64,000 nucleotides of DNA from an uncultured Gemmatimonadales bacterium (GTDB taxonomy: Bacteria > Gemmatimonadota > Gemmatimonadetes > Gemmatimonadales > GWC2-71-9): NCBI GenBank assembly GCA_963795085.1, contig CAWCFX010000004.1, forward strand, positions 576,001 to 640,000. The letters are read 5' to 3'. This document shows, one piece after another, positions 56,242-64,000 of this stretch. The notes beneath the pieces are model-generated. The model was not told the DNA's origin. It saw nothing but the letters and a program-made list of their open reading frames with translations, and searched no databases. Every line of letters starts with the position of its first letter. Position 1 is the first letter of the stretch. Position numbers and translations under genes: made by a program.

Positions 56242-56687
56242 CCGGCCTCGACGGTGGCGATGAACCGGTCCCAGAACCGCTGGGTGAGATCCCTGGCCAG
56301 CCCCTCCAGCCGGCTGCCGCCGACCCGGGCCACGATACCGGTCATCTCGGTGGTGGCCGCCCAGCGCAGCTGGGTGTGGGTCTCGCCCCTGGATTCCAGC
56401 TCCACGGCCGAGGTCACCCGGATCGAGGATCCGGTCGCCTTGCCGCGGGCGTCCATGGTGAGTTTGCGTTCCGGCACCACGTCGGACAGCGCCACTTTCA
56501 TTGTGAACTCCAGCTTGAACGCCGCCAGCTTGAGGGCGGTCACGACTTCGAAATGGTGCGAATCGATGACCCTGACCCGCTGGACCCCGGGCCCGGCGTT
56601 GGCGATCGTCTGGGGATCCAGCAATCGCAGCCAGACCCGGTGCAGGGGGGCCGCCACCTCGGGTGTTCCGGAAAACTCGAATATCAT
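56238..56687 (-). CDS. coxG: CoxG/SRPBCC family protein
   Basis: VW..LLDP..IA...PG motif and typical length; context with xdhC. Confidence 0.8.
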   Translation of the reverse strand: MIFEFSGTPEVAAPLHRVWLRLLDPQTIANAGPGVQRVRVIDSHHFEVVTALKLAAFKLEFTMKVALSDVVPERKLTMDARGKATGSSIRVTSAVELESRGETHTQLRWAATTEMTGIVARVGGSRLEGLARDLTQRFWDRFIATVEAG

Positions 56688-57304
56688 CGGGCCATGGACT
56701 CCAGCCGAGCAAGGTCGGAAGGGGTGGAGATATCAGGATTGATACCGGGCACGTCTATCGCCGTGACCAGTTCCGGGTACTTTCGCAGCAAGGGAGCGAA
56801 CCCGGCGTCGCCCCGCAGTTCGCCGGCCCGGGGCCAGAACGACCGGTGGAGCAGCACCGGATGCCCGGGAACGCCGGGAGCGCCGGCGAACCGGGGCCGC
56901 ACCACCGGAGTTGACTCGCGGCCGGCGGCCACCAGCCTGGCAATCACGTCCCCGGGGAGCAACGGCTGGTCCCCCTGGAATACCAGCGCCGCATCGGCGT
57001 CGGGGTGACGGGCGGCCAGGGTCTCCAGTCCCAGGGCAAGCGAGCGAGCCACGCCGGCCGCCGGGTCGGGGTTTCGCACGTATTCGAAGTCCGCCGAAGC
57101 CAGCAACGCTTCCCGCTCCGGTACGCCGGCCGGGATGACGGCAAGGCCGCCGTGGAGCGTCGTCTTCCGGATCGCGTCGCGCACGGTGGCCAGGACGTGG
57201 GCAAGGACCGGGCGGCCGCGCAGTTCCGCCAGCAATTTATCGGCGCCGAACCGGCGGCTCCGGCCGGCCGCCAGGACCAGGGCATAGACGCGGAAGGCAG
57301 CCAT
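56684..57304 (-). CDS. mocA: Molybdenum cofactor cytidylyltransferase-like NTP transferase
   Basis: VLAAGRSRRFGADKLL, GDQP, GHPVL, GDAG, DISTPSD. Confidence 0.85.
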   Translation of the reverse strand: MAAFRVYALVLAAGRSRRFGADKLLAELRGRPVLAHVLATVRDAIRKTTLHGGLAVIPAGVPEREALLASADFEYVRNPDPAAGVARSLALGLETLAARHPDADAALVFQGDQPLLPGDVIARLVAAGRESTPVVRPRFAGAPGVPGHPVLLHRSFWPRAGELRGDAGFAPLLRKYPELVTAIDVPGINPDISTPSDLARLESMAR

Positions 57305-57384
57305 GGCGTATAAAGTAAGCGGATCACGCTCGAGCCACGGGCTCCCGGTTTTCCCCGGTCGGAACTCGGTTAGATTCTGGACAT

Positions 57385-57457
57385 TGGGGTGTAGCTCAAT
57401 TGGCAGAGCGCCCGGCTGTTAACCGGGAGGTTGCTGGTTCGAAGCCAGCCGCCCCAG
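57385..57457 (+). tRNA. tRNA-Asn (GTT), CCA not encoded
   Basis: Acceptor TGGGGTG/CGCCCCA+G, D arm GCTC-AATTGGCA-GAGC, anticodon arm CCCGG-CTGTTAA-CCGGG, T arm GCTGG-TTCGAAG-CCAGC. TAGATT -10-like hexamer upstream. Confidence 0.96.
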
Positions 57458-57460
57458 TTT

Positions 57461-58603
57461 ATGCGCATCGCCATCTTTTCTGAGGTTTACTGGCCGATGG
57501 TCAGCGGGGTCGGCGTGACACTGCGCCGGCTCTCCGATGCGCTGGTCCAGCGGGGCCACCAGGTGCGGGTCTATTCGGCCGCCTACCCGCTTCCCGACGG
57601 GCAGCCCGACCGCCCCGATGTGCACCGCTCCGGCAGCCTCCCGCTGTTTCTCTATCCCGATGTGTACTGGGCCTTTCCCCGCTATCGCGAGGTGCTGGAC
57701 GATGTGGCCCGGTTCAGGCCCGACCTGGTGCATGTCGCCACCGAGTTCGCCATGGGGGTGACCGGCAACCGGATCGCCCGCCAGCTCGGCGTTCCGGTCA
57801 TTTCCTCCGCCCACACGGATTACGAGCACTACGCTTCGCGCTATAAGCTGGACTGGTTCATGGGGGCCGGCTGGAGCTATCTCCGCTGGTTCTACCGGCA
57901 GACCGAGGCGGTGCTCTGCCCCTCGGCGATCTACCAGCGGCACCTCCAGTCCCGGGGGGTCACCAATACCAGGATCTGGAGCCGGGGGGTGGATGCCGAG
58001 CAATTCCATCCCCGGCACCGGCGGGAATCCTATCGCCGGGACTTGGGGCTGGACCCGGGGGACCGCCTGGTGACGTACGTCGGACGGCTGGCGCGGGAAA
58101 AGGATCTTGACCTGCTGGTGCAGGCGTGGAAGCTGCTGGATCCCGGTCCCCGGGCCCGGCTGGTCCTGGTGGGGCGGGGGCCGATGGAGAACGATCTTCG
58201 GCGGATGGGCATTCCGGGGCTGGTGCTCACCGGGATCAAGCGGGATCTCGATCTCTCCGCCGCGTACGCCTCGTCCGACCTGTTCGTATTTCCCTCGACC
58301 ACGGAGACCTTCGGCAATGTCCTGCTGGAGGGGATGGCGTCGGGGCTGCCCTGCCTCGCCGCCGCGGCCGGCGGCGTGCTCGAATATGCGCGGCATGGAG
58401 CCAACGCGTGGCTGGTTCAGCCGCACAGCGCCGCCGCCATCGCCGAAGGTCTGGACCGCCTGATGGGGGATGCCGGGTTGCGGGGAGAACTGTCCGCCGG
58501 GGGGCGGGCCACCGCGACGGAGCGTGACTGGGGCCCGGTTTTCGATGCGCTGGTTCTCGACTATTTGCGGGTCAGCCGGACCCCGCATCACCGGGCCGCC
58601 TGA
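57461..58603 (+). CDS. GT4 family glycosyltransferase (MgtA-like)
   Basis: MRIAIFSEVYWPMVSGV, RGVD, YVGRLAREK, PSTTETFGNVLLEGMASGLP. Confidence 0.92.
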   Translation: MRIAIFSEVYWPMVSGVGVTLRRLSDALVQRGHQVRVYSAAYPLPDGQPDRPDVHRSGSLPLFLYPDVYWAFPRYREVLDDVARFRPDLVHVATEFAMGVTGNRIARQLGVPVISSAHTDYEHYASRYKLDWFMGAGWSYLRWFYRQTEAVLCPSAIYQRHLQSRGVTNTRIWSRGVDAEQFHPRHRRESYRRDLGLDPGDRLVTYVGRLAREKDLDLLVQAWKLLDPGPRARLVLVGRGPMENDLRRMGIPGLVLTGIKRDLDLSAAYASSDLFVFPSTTETFGNVLLEGMASGLPCLAAAAGGVLEYARHGANAWLVQPHSAAAIAEGLDRLMGDAGLRGELSAGGRATATERDWGPVFDALVLDYLRVSRTPHHRAA

Positions 58604-58614
58604 ACGGCGGCCGC

Positions 58615-59640
58615 CTACCGTATTATCGCGTAGAACAGGGCCGCGATCGCGGCGCTCATCGGGATCGTCAGGATCCACGCCCACACGATTTTCCCCGCCA
58701 CTCCCCAGCGCACCGCCGAGAACCGCCTGCTGGCGCCGACCCCGACGATCGCGCCGGTGATGGTATGGGTGGTACTGACCGGGACACCCAGGTGAGTCGC
58801 CATCAACACGGTCAGGCCGCCGGCCGTCTCCGCGCAGAACCCGCCGAATGGACGCAGCTTGGTGATCCGGGTGCCCATGGTCTTGACGATCCGCCACCCA
58901 CCCATCGCGGTGCCCATCGCGATGGCGATATGGGCGGCCAGCACGATCCACATGGGGATCTCATCGGCGTTGGGCAGATACAGGTGGGAGAGGTAGCCGG
59001 TCTGATTGATGAAGTAGGCCTGGGTCGCTACCAGCAGGCCGACGATGATGCCCATGGTTTTCTGAGCATCGTTGGCCCCGTGGCTCAGTGAGTAGAGTGC
59101 CGCCGACACCAGCTGGAGGCGCTTGAACAGCTTCTCGGTCGGGTGGGCCGGGCGCTTGTAGAACGCCCAGGATAATCCCACCGTCAGCAGCAGGGCCAGG
59201 AGCATGCCGGTAATGGGGGACAGGAAGATGAAGAGAATCGGTTTGACCCACCCGGCAAGAATGAGGGATCCCAGGCCCGCCTTCGCCACCGCGGCCCCGC
59301 CGTACCCTCCCAGCAGGGCATGGGAGGACGACGAGGGAAGCCCCAGCCACCAGGTTACCAGGTTCCAGATGATCGCGCCCAGCAGGCCGGCGAGGATCAC
59401 GTTGGGGTCCACGATCGCCGGGTCGATCAGGCCCTTGCCGATGGTCTTGGCGACGGCGGTGCCGACGGTAAACGCCGCGATGAAGTTGAAGAATGCGGCC
59501 CAGAGCACGGCCACCCCGGGCGACAGGACCCGGGTGGACACCACCGTTGCGATCGAGTTGGCGCTGTCGTGAAACCCGTTGATGAAGTCAAAAATCAGCG
59601 CCACGCCGATGATGACCAGGACGTACGTGACGGTGTCCAT
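58615..59640 (-). CDS. pit: Inorganic phosphate transporter (PiT family)
   Basis: GFHDSANSIAT, LPSSSSHAL, HGANDAQK, PVSTTH. Confidence 0.95.
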   Translation of the reverse strand: MDTVTYVLVIIGVALIFDFINGFHDSANSIATVVSTRVLSPGVAVLWAAFFNFIAAFTVGTAVAKTIGKGLIDPAIVDPNVILAGLLGAIIWNLVTWWLGLPSSSSHALLGGYGGAAVAKAGLGSLILAGWVKPILFIFLSPITGMLLALLLTVGLSWAFYKRPAHPTEKLFKRLQLVSAALYSLSHGANDAQKTMGIIVGLLVATQAYFINQTGYLSHLYLPNADEIPMWIVLAAHIAIAMGTAMGGWRIVKTMGTRITKLRPFGGFCAETAGGLTVLMATHLGVPVSTTHTITGAIVGVGASRRFSAVRWGVAGKIVWAWILTIPMSAAIAALFYAIIR

Positions 59641-59642
59641 GA

Positions 59643-60263
59643 TCAGCTGTGCTTGATGGCGATGGACTCCAGCACGTTGGCCACGTCCTCCGCCTGGTCC
59701 AGTGTTTTCTCCAGGGTGTCGTAGATCTCCTTCCACTTCATGACCGCGAGCGCATCGGTGCCCTCTTCGAAGAGGCGGGCCAGCCATTCGTGATAGAGGG
59801 CGTCCCCCTCCTCTTCCATGCGCTTGACCTCGATGCAGGCGGCGATGACCACCTGGGCCCGGCCGCTGTCCAGTACCTTGACCGCGGCCAGCAACTGCCC
59901 GGTGGCGCGATGGATGACCTCGGCAAGCATCACCGCGCCCACGGGGGCGGGGCCCGGCTTGAAGATCATGGTCCGCCGGGCGGCGCCGTCGATCCGGTCC
60001 AGGATGTCATCCAGCCGGGAGGCCAGCATGTGGATGTCTTCGCGGTCCAGCGGTGTGATGAAGCTCCGGTCCAGCCGGGTGACCACTTCGTGGGTCAGTT
60101 CGTCGGCCCGGTGCTCGCATCGCTTGATAGCGTCGGCGATAGGTCCCCGGCGATTCTGGTCGGCCTGGAGCATCTGGTGCAGTTGCTCGGCGGCCTGGAC
60201 ATTCAGGGTTGCGACCTCGGTGAACAGGTCGAAGAAGCGTTCGTCGCGGGGTAGCAGGCGCAC
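59643..60263 (-). CDS. DUF47 phosphate transport regulator
   Basis: EHRAD, FITPLDREDI, EEEGD, KWKEIY. Adjacent to pit; GTG start at 60263. Confidence 0.92.
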   Translation of the reverse strand: MRLLPRDERFFDLFTEVATLNVQAAEQLHQMLQADQNRRGPIADAIKRCEHRADELTHEVVTRLDRSFITPLDREDIHMLASRLDDILDRIDGAARRTMIFKPGPAPVGAVMLAEVIHRATGQLLAAVKVLDSGRAQVVIAACIEVKRMEEEGDALYHEWLARLFEEGTDALAVMKWKEIYDTLEKTLDQAEDVANVLESIAIKHS

Positions 60264-60335
60264 GGGACGGAACTCCGGTTGGGGTAGACCGGGGCAGAAG
60301 ATGGCGTTCCCGGCAGCCGCCGACAAGGTCTCAGG

Positions 60336-60989
60336 TCACACCGGTATTTCCAGCAGGGCCAGCAGGGTTGCCGGGGTCTCCAGCCAGTGGTCCGGCCGGG
60401 TTTCTTCCAGGTGGCGGCGCCCGAAAGGCCCCCAGAGGACGGCGCCGGTCCTGACCCCGGCATCCCGACCGCACCGCATGTCGTGGACGCTGTCTCCGAC
60501 GAACAACGTCTCCTCGGGCCGGGCCCCGAGCAATCCGAGGGCCTTGAGCACCGGCTCCGGATGGGGCTTGGGATTGACCACGTCGTCGGCACAGACCAGG
60601 TGGTCAAACTGCTCCAGGATGCCCGCCAGCCGGAGGCCCCGAATGGCACCCGGCCGGTTTTTGCTCGTCACCAGCCCGATCCGGTAGCCTTCGGATCGGA
60701 CCCGCCGGATGAGTTCGGGGGCCCCCACGTAAGGAAGTACGTGAGTATCGTGGTGCGCCATGTTGTATTCCCGGTAGGTCTCGACCAGCGCTTCCATCTG
60801 TTCCGGCCCCGGCGCGATCTCCCCAAAGGCGACCCGGAGCGGGGTACCCACCCCGGCCAGCCATTCTTCGTCGGTCCGGGGCGGCAGCCCATGGGTCTTG
60901 AGGGTGTGGTGGTAGCTGTCCAGGATCAGCCGGATCGAGTCGATCAGGGTCCCGTCCAGGTCGAACAGCAGCGTAGTAAATCGAGGCAT
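60336..60989 (-). CDS. HAD-IA family phosphatase (PpaX-like)
   Basis: FDLDGTLIDS, VTSK, KPHPEP, VGDSVHD. Confidence 0.9.
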   Translation of the reverse strand: MPRFTTLLFDLDGTLIDSIRLILDSYHHTLKTHGLPPRTDEEWLAGVGTPLRVAFGEIAPGPEQMEALVETYREYNMAHHDTHVLPYVGAPELIRRVRSEGYRIGLVTSKNRPGAIRGLRLAGILEQFDHLVCADDVVNPKPHPEPVLKALGLLGARPEETLFVGDSVHDMRCGRDAGVRTGAVLWGPFGRRHLEETRPDHWLETPATLLALLEIPV

Positions 60990-60998
60990 CCGGGAAGC

Positions 60999-63215
60999 TT
61001 AATCGGGCCGGTCTCCCCCGAATACTACGAGTCCGAGCAACGCACCCAGCACCAGCGCCCCTTCCGGTTCCCGGCCGGGGCACTGATCGATGGCGCGCAG
61101 GAACTCCCGGGCAGGAAGTTCCATTACCTGCTCAAGCCAGAGCCGCTCACCGGCGGTGTGCCCTCTCCGCGCGAAGGCGATTCCCCGCTCCAGCGCTGCG
61201 ACCCGGGCTCCATCTCGCGCCTTTACCGCGTCCGCCGCCAGCCGGTTGAGCCTGCCGATCAGCTTCGTCTGCATGGTGGTGAGTGGACGGGACCACTGCG
61301 CCTGCTGGAAGGTCGAGAGGTAGTGCTGGAGTCCGGCTGCCGCGCGCGAAATGGCCTGGATACGGTCCTCGGAGGAGAGCCGGAGCCGGGTGCGCGACCC
61401 GGCAGCCTGCATGCGCCGCTCGACCCGTGCCAGGTCTTCCGACCAGGCGCCGTCCGGGCCGCAGGACGCCACGACCGATGCAAGCCGCCGCGGCCCATCG
61501 GGAGCCACCTCCACGATGGCGAAGCCCGCCAGCAACCCGGGCTCGCCATGAACGCCACAATACCCGGCAGGCCCGGACCCGAAGGGGCCTCCATGGCGCG
61601 CCACGACTTCCTCCCGCCGGGTCCAGTCCAGGGCCGCCTGCTCGATCCCGGCCTGGGTGGGGAGACGGCGTTTCCGGGCCAGGACCGGGAGCTGCTCCAG
61701 CCGGCGGCGGATGGGAGCGGGGAGGTTGAACCGGATGACTTCTACCCGTTCGTGACGGGATCCCCGGCGAATGGCGCGGCCGTCCCGCTGGTCGAGCCGA
61801 ACCGCGGTCCAGGGCAGATCGTAGTGGATCACCCGCTCGGCTCCCTGCAGGTCGAGTCCTTCCGCCAGGACATCCGTGGTAATCAGCACCCGGGGCCCGC
61901 CGGGCGGTGCCCCAGGCCCGAACCAGGACAGGATGGCCTGCCGGGCCATTCGCTGCCCACCGATGCCCGCGGATTCCCCAGTGCACCACGCCGATCCGGG
62001 CAAGTGGTTCCGGAGATACCGCACGGTGCCGCGCGCGCAGGTGAAGACCAGCGTGGTCCTGCCATCGGCGGTCATCCCGGCGAGGCGCTCACACCGCGGG
62101 TCCCTCCGCCGCTGGGCGGTTCTGGCCTGCTCGAGGAGCGTGTCCAGCAACGGCAGGTCATCCAGGCAGAGGTCGGTCAGCGAGGCGTCCGCGGGCATCA
62201 GGCTCCACATGATCAGCTGGTCGTCGTCCGGTGGAAGTATGCATCGCAGCGAGCGGCGGTCCAGCTCCAGCCCGACGGCGCGCGCATCCTGCGCGTGGGC
62301 CAGCAGGTTCCGGTAGCGCCGGAGCAGGTCGAGTAGCGCGGCATCGCTGGAGCCCAGCGCCCGCCAGAGCAGGGAGCGAAGCAGGACCCGGGTGGGTTCC
62401 CGGGGTGAGAGAGCCAGCTGTTCCAGTTGCCGGCACCGGCCCTCGAGGTCATCATCGCCGGGCGGCGGATCCACCTTGCGGCGAAGCCGTGCCGGCCGGC
62501 CGGACCCGTGCGCGGCCTGCCCTACGATCAACTCGCCCAGGGCTGGTGAAGCCCGGCCCGGCCGGCCCAGGTGGTCAGCGATCGACGCCACCCCGAACGG
62601 CGCCAGCGCATCGTCCCGCACGCCGAGGGCGAGCTGCGCGGCCAGGTCGGCCAATCGGTTCACGGCCGGTGTCGCGCTGAGAAGCAAAACCGTCCGGTTT
62701 ACCAGGCAGGGTGCCAGGACCCGGTAGCGCCGGCAGCCGGGTGAACGGTAGTGGTGGCTCTCGTCGATGATCACGAGCGTGGAGCCGAGTCCGGGCCGGA
62801 GCGTGGCTGGGACGTTGCCGCGGCTAAGCCGCTCATGCGACCAGGTCATAAGGGAGACGCCGGCGGAGCTTCCGGCGCGCCGCCATTGCTCCTGCAGCGC
62901 GGCGGGCAGCAGCACGGTCACCGGCCGGGTGTCGGGCCACAGGCTGGCCACGGCCAGGGCTACCCACGTCTTGCCGCTGCCAACCGGGTCGGCCAGCAGC
63001 GCACCGCGGAAGCGTTGGAGAATCGGCAGCAATCGCGCGCAGGAGTTCTGCTGTTCCGGGCGGAGCCACCCTGGCATTGGCCGGGGGTCGCGGGGGCGGG
63101 CCATCCCTGCGGCGATCTGCTGCACCACCCGCCGGGGCGAAGCCAAGCGGGGGTGAAGCAGCGTGCCCAGCGGCATCGGAACATCGCGGAGCGATTCGGC
63201 CACCAGTGCCGGCAC
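60999..63215 (-). CDS. SNF2/RapA-like SF2 helicase; start uncertain (GTG 63215 or ATG 63287)
   Basis: LLADPVGSGKT, IIDESHH, LSATP, TDVLAEGLDLQ, HYDLPW, QRDGR. Confidence 0.85.
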   Translation of the reverse strand: MPALVAESLRDVPMPLGTLLHPRLASPRRVVQQIAAGMARPRDPRPMPGWLRPEQQNSCARLLPILQRFRGALLADPVGSGKTWVALAVASLWPDTRPVTVLLPAALQEQWRRAGSSAGVSLMTWSHERLSRGNVPATLRPGLGSTLVIIDESHHYRSPGCRRYRVLAPCLVNRTVLLLSATPAVNRLADLAAQLALGVRDDALAPFGVASIADHLGRPGRASPALGELIVGQAAHGSGRPARLRRKVDPPPGDDDLEGRCRQLEQLALSPREPTRVLLRSLLWRALGSSDAALLDLLRRYRNLLAHAQDARAVGLELDRRSLRCILPPDDDQLIMWSLMPADASLTDLCLDDLPLLDTLLEQARTAQRRRDPRCERLAGMTADGRTTLVFTCARGTVRYLRNHLPGSAWCTGESAGIGGQRMARQAILSWFGPGAPPGGPRVLITTDVLAEGLDLQGAERVIHYDLPWTAVRLDQRDGRAIRRGSRHERVEVIRFNLPAPIRRRLEQLPVLARKRRLPTQAGIEQAALDWTRREEVVARHGGPFGSGPAGYCGVHGEPGLLAGFAIVEVAPDGPRRLASVVASCGPDGAWSEDLARVERRMQAAGSRTRLRLSSEDRIQAISRAAAGLQHYLSTFQQAQWSRPLTTMQTKLIGRLNRLAADAVKARDGARVAALERGIAFARRGHTAGERLWLEQVMELPAREFLRAIDQCPGREPEGALVLGALLGLVVFGGDRPD

Positions 63216-63219
63216 CGGC

Positions 63220-64000
63220 TCACGCCAGGTTTCCCAGGGTGCGGAGGGATCCGGGGGGCAGATCGAGATGCATAGCGGCGAGGTCATCGAGTTCGGCCTG
63301 CACAAATGAATGGGTGGTGGCGCGCCGGGCCCACGCGGCAAGGTCGGAGCTTCCTGGTACGGACGCCGGGAGCGGAAGACCCCCGACAATCCGGGCATTG
63401 AAGCGCCGGAATCCGCCGCTCGCCGGGTCGGCGGTGAGCCGCGCGAGCGCTCCCATCCAGCTGCTGTTGAGCCACGCCGCCAGCGCGAAGCACTGGGTCT
63501 CATCCGCCCGGATTGCGTAACAGGTGTTGAGCGGCACCGCCACTCTTTCCGGCTCCAGGGGCACCGCTCCAAGCCGCCGGGCCAGGTCGGCCCAGATGAC
63601 CCGGGGGCCCGGGGCAGCGCCCGCGGTGCGGAACAGCGCCCATGCCGGTCCGCTTCGATAGTCGGCCCGCGCCCGAAGGCGGTCGTCGTAGTGCGCCAGG
63701 TATCGGCCGGCCCGGGCTGGCAGCCGCTCGAGCGGTACGCCTGAGTCGGTGCAGGGCCAGAGCAGCGGCACCGTGCGAAGCAGGCGAAAGGGTCGGGTGT
63801 CCCGGCCCCGGATGGCTGGCCTGATCAGCCCCGGCTCGAGCGAAGCGGGAGGGTTCAGAAAAATCCGGTTGTCGCCCGTCTTTACTCCCAGGTGAATCGG
63901 AAAGCGGGACGCCACTGTCGGGAATCGAAGGGCCAGTTCGCGGGAGATTTCCATCCCGCCTCCACCGCGAAGGATCCACGGCCCCCCATCGAGATCGGAC
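63220..64000 (-). CDS. C-terminal (TaqI-C-like target recognition) part of an N6-adenine DNA methyltransferase / type IIG-like protein; 5' part lies beyond the window
   Basis: GVKTGDN.IF, RGRD, LNTCY, LAAWLNS, GGFRRF....LPLP pattern. The frame is open to the window edge; catalytic motifs are not visible. Confidence 0.7.
   Translation of the reverse strand, partial: SDLDGGPWILRGGGGMEISRELALRFPTVASRFPIHLGVKTGDNRIFLNPPASLEPGLIRPAIRGRDTRPFRLLRTVPLLWPCTDSGVPLERLPARAGRYLAHYDDRLRARADYRSGPAWALFRTAGAAPGPRVIWADLARRLGAVPLEPERVAVPLNTCYAIRADETQCFALAAWLNSSWMGALARLTADPASGGFRRFNARIVGGLPLPASVPGSSDLAAWARRATTHSFVQAELDDLAAMHLDLPPGSLRTLGNLA

Noticed and set aside
57385..57460. tRNA as a genomic island integration site
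   Set aside because: No integrase, no duplicated tRNA 3' end seen, and no compositional shift.
57431..57460. ORF-track N-terminal extension of the glycosyltransferase
   Set aside because: It lies inside the tRNA. The family N-terminus MRIAIF begins at 57461.

Overview
A GC-rich (about 70% by eye), gene-dense bacterial chromosomal segment from a diderm organism. The gene content resembles Gemmatimonadota (inference). It holds about 55 CDS and one tRNA-Asn(GTT). I found no CRISPR array, IS, integrase or phage genes. Main modules: (1) Chlamydia/plastid-type fabI; (2) ybbP-ybbA // Oar-like TonB-dependent receptor-tesA; (3) two divergent ECF sigma/ZAS anti-sigma/DUF4097 cassettes that share an AACC-N17-ATC promoter motif; (4) OmpA with TSP3 repeats; (5) alpha-2-macroglobulin-pbpC; (6) rmuC; (7) an ArgR-controlled arginine operon, argG-X-argC-argD-argF'-argB-argE-argH-argR; (8) two paralogous membrane-anchored proteins with C-terminal Cys motifs; (9) a sulfotransferase-like plus class IV aminotransferase pair; (10) mocA-coxG-xdhC; (11) pit-DUF47-HAD; (12) a SNF2-like helicase with a partial TaqI-C-type DNA methyltransferase. 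The best candidate for a novel system is the arg operon. It lacks argA and argJ, and instead carries a translationally coupled DUF1611/DgcN-like P-loop protein. Its transcarbamylase has Val at the AOTCase/SOTCase specificity position. Together these suggest an N-succinyl (or N-acetyl) arginine route started by an undescribed glutamate N-acyltransferase. Other leads are a possible Cys-Sec selenoprotein with a SECIS-like hairpin, a tRNA abutting a leaderless glycosyltransferase gene, and a +1 frameshift fusing two genes. All calls come from motif recognition by eye; no searches were run.
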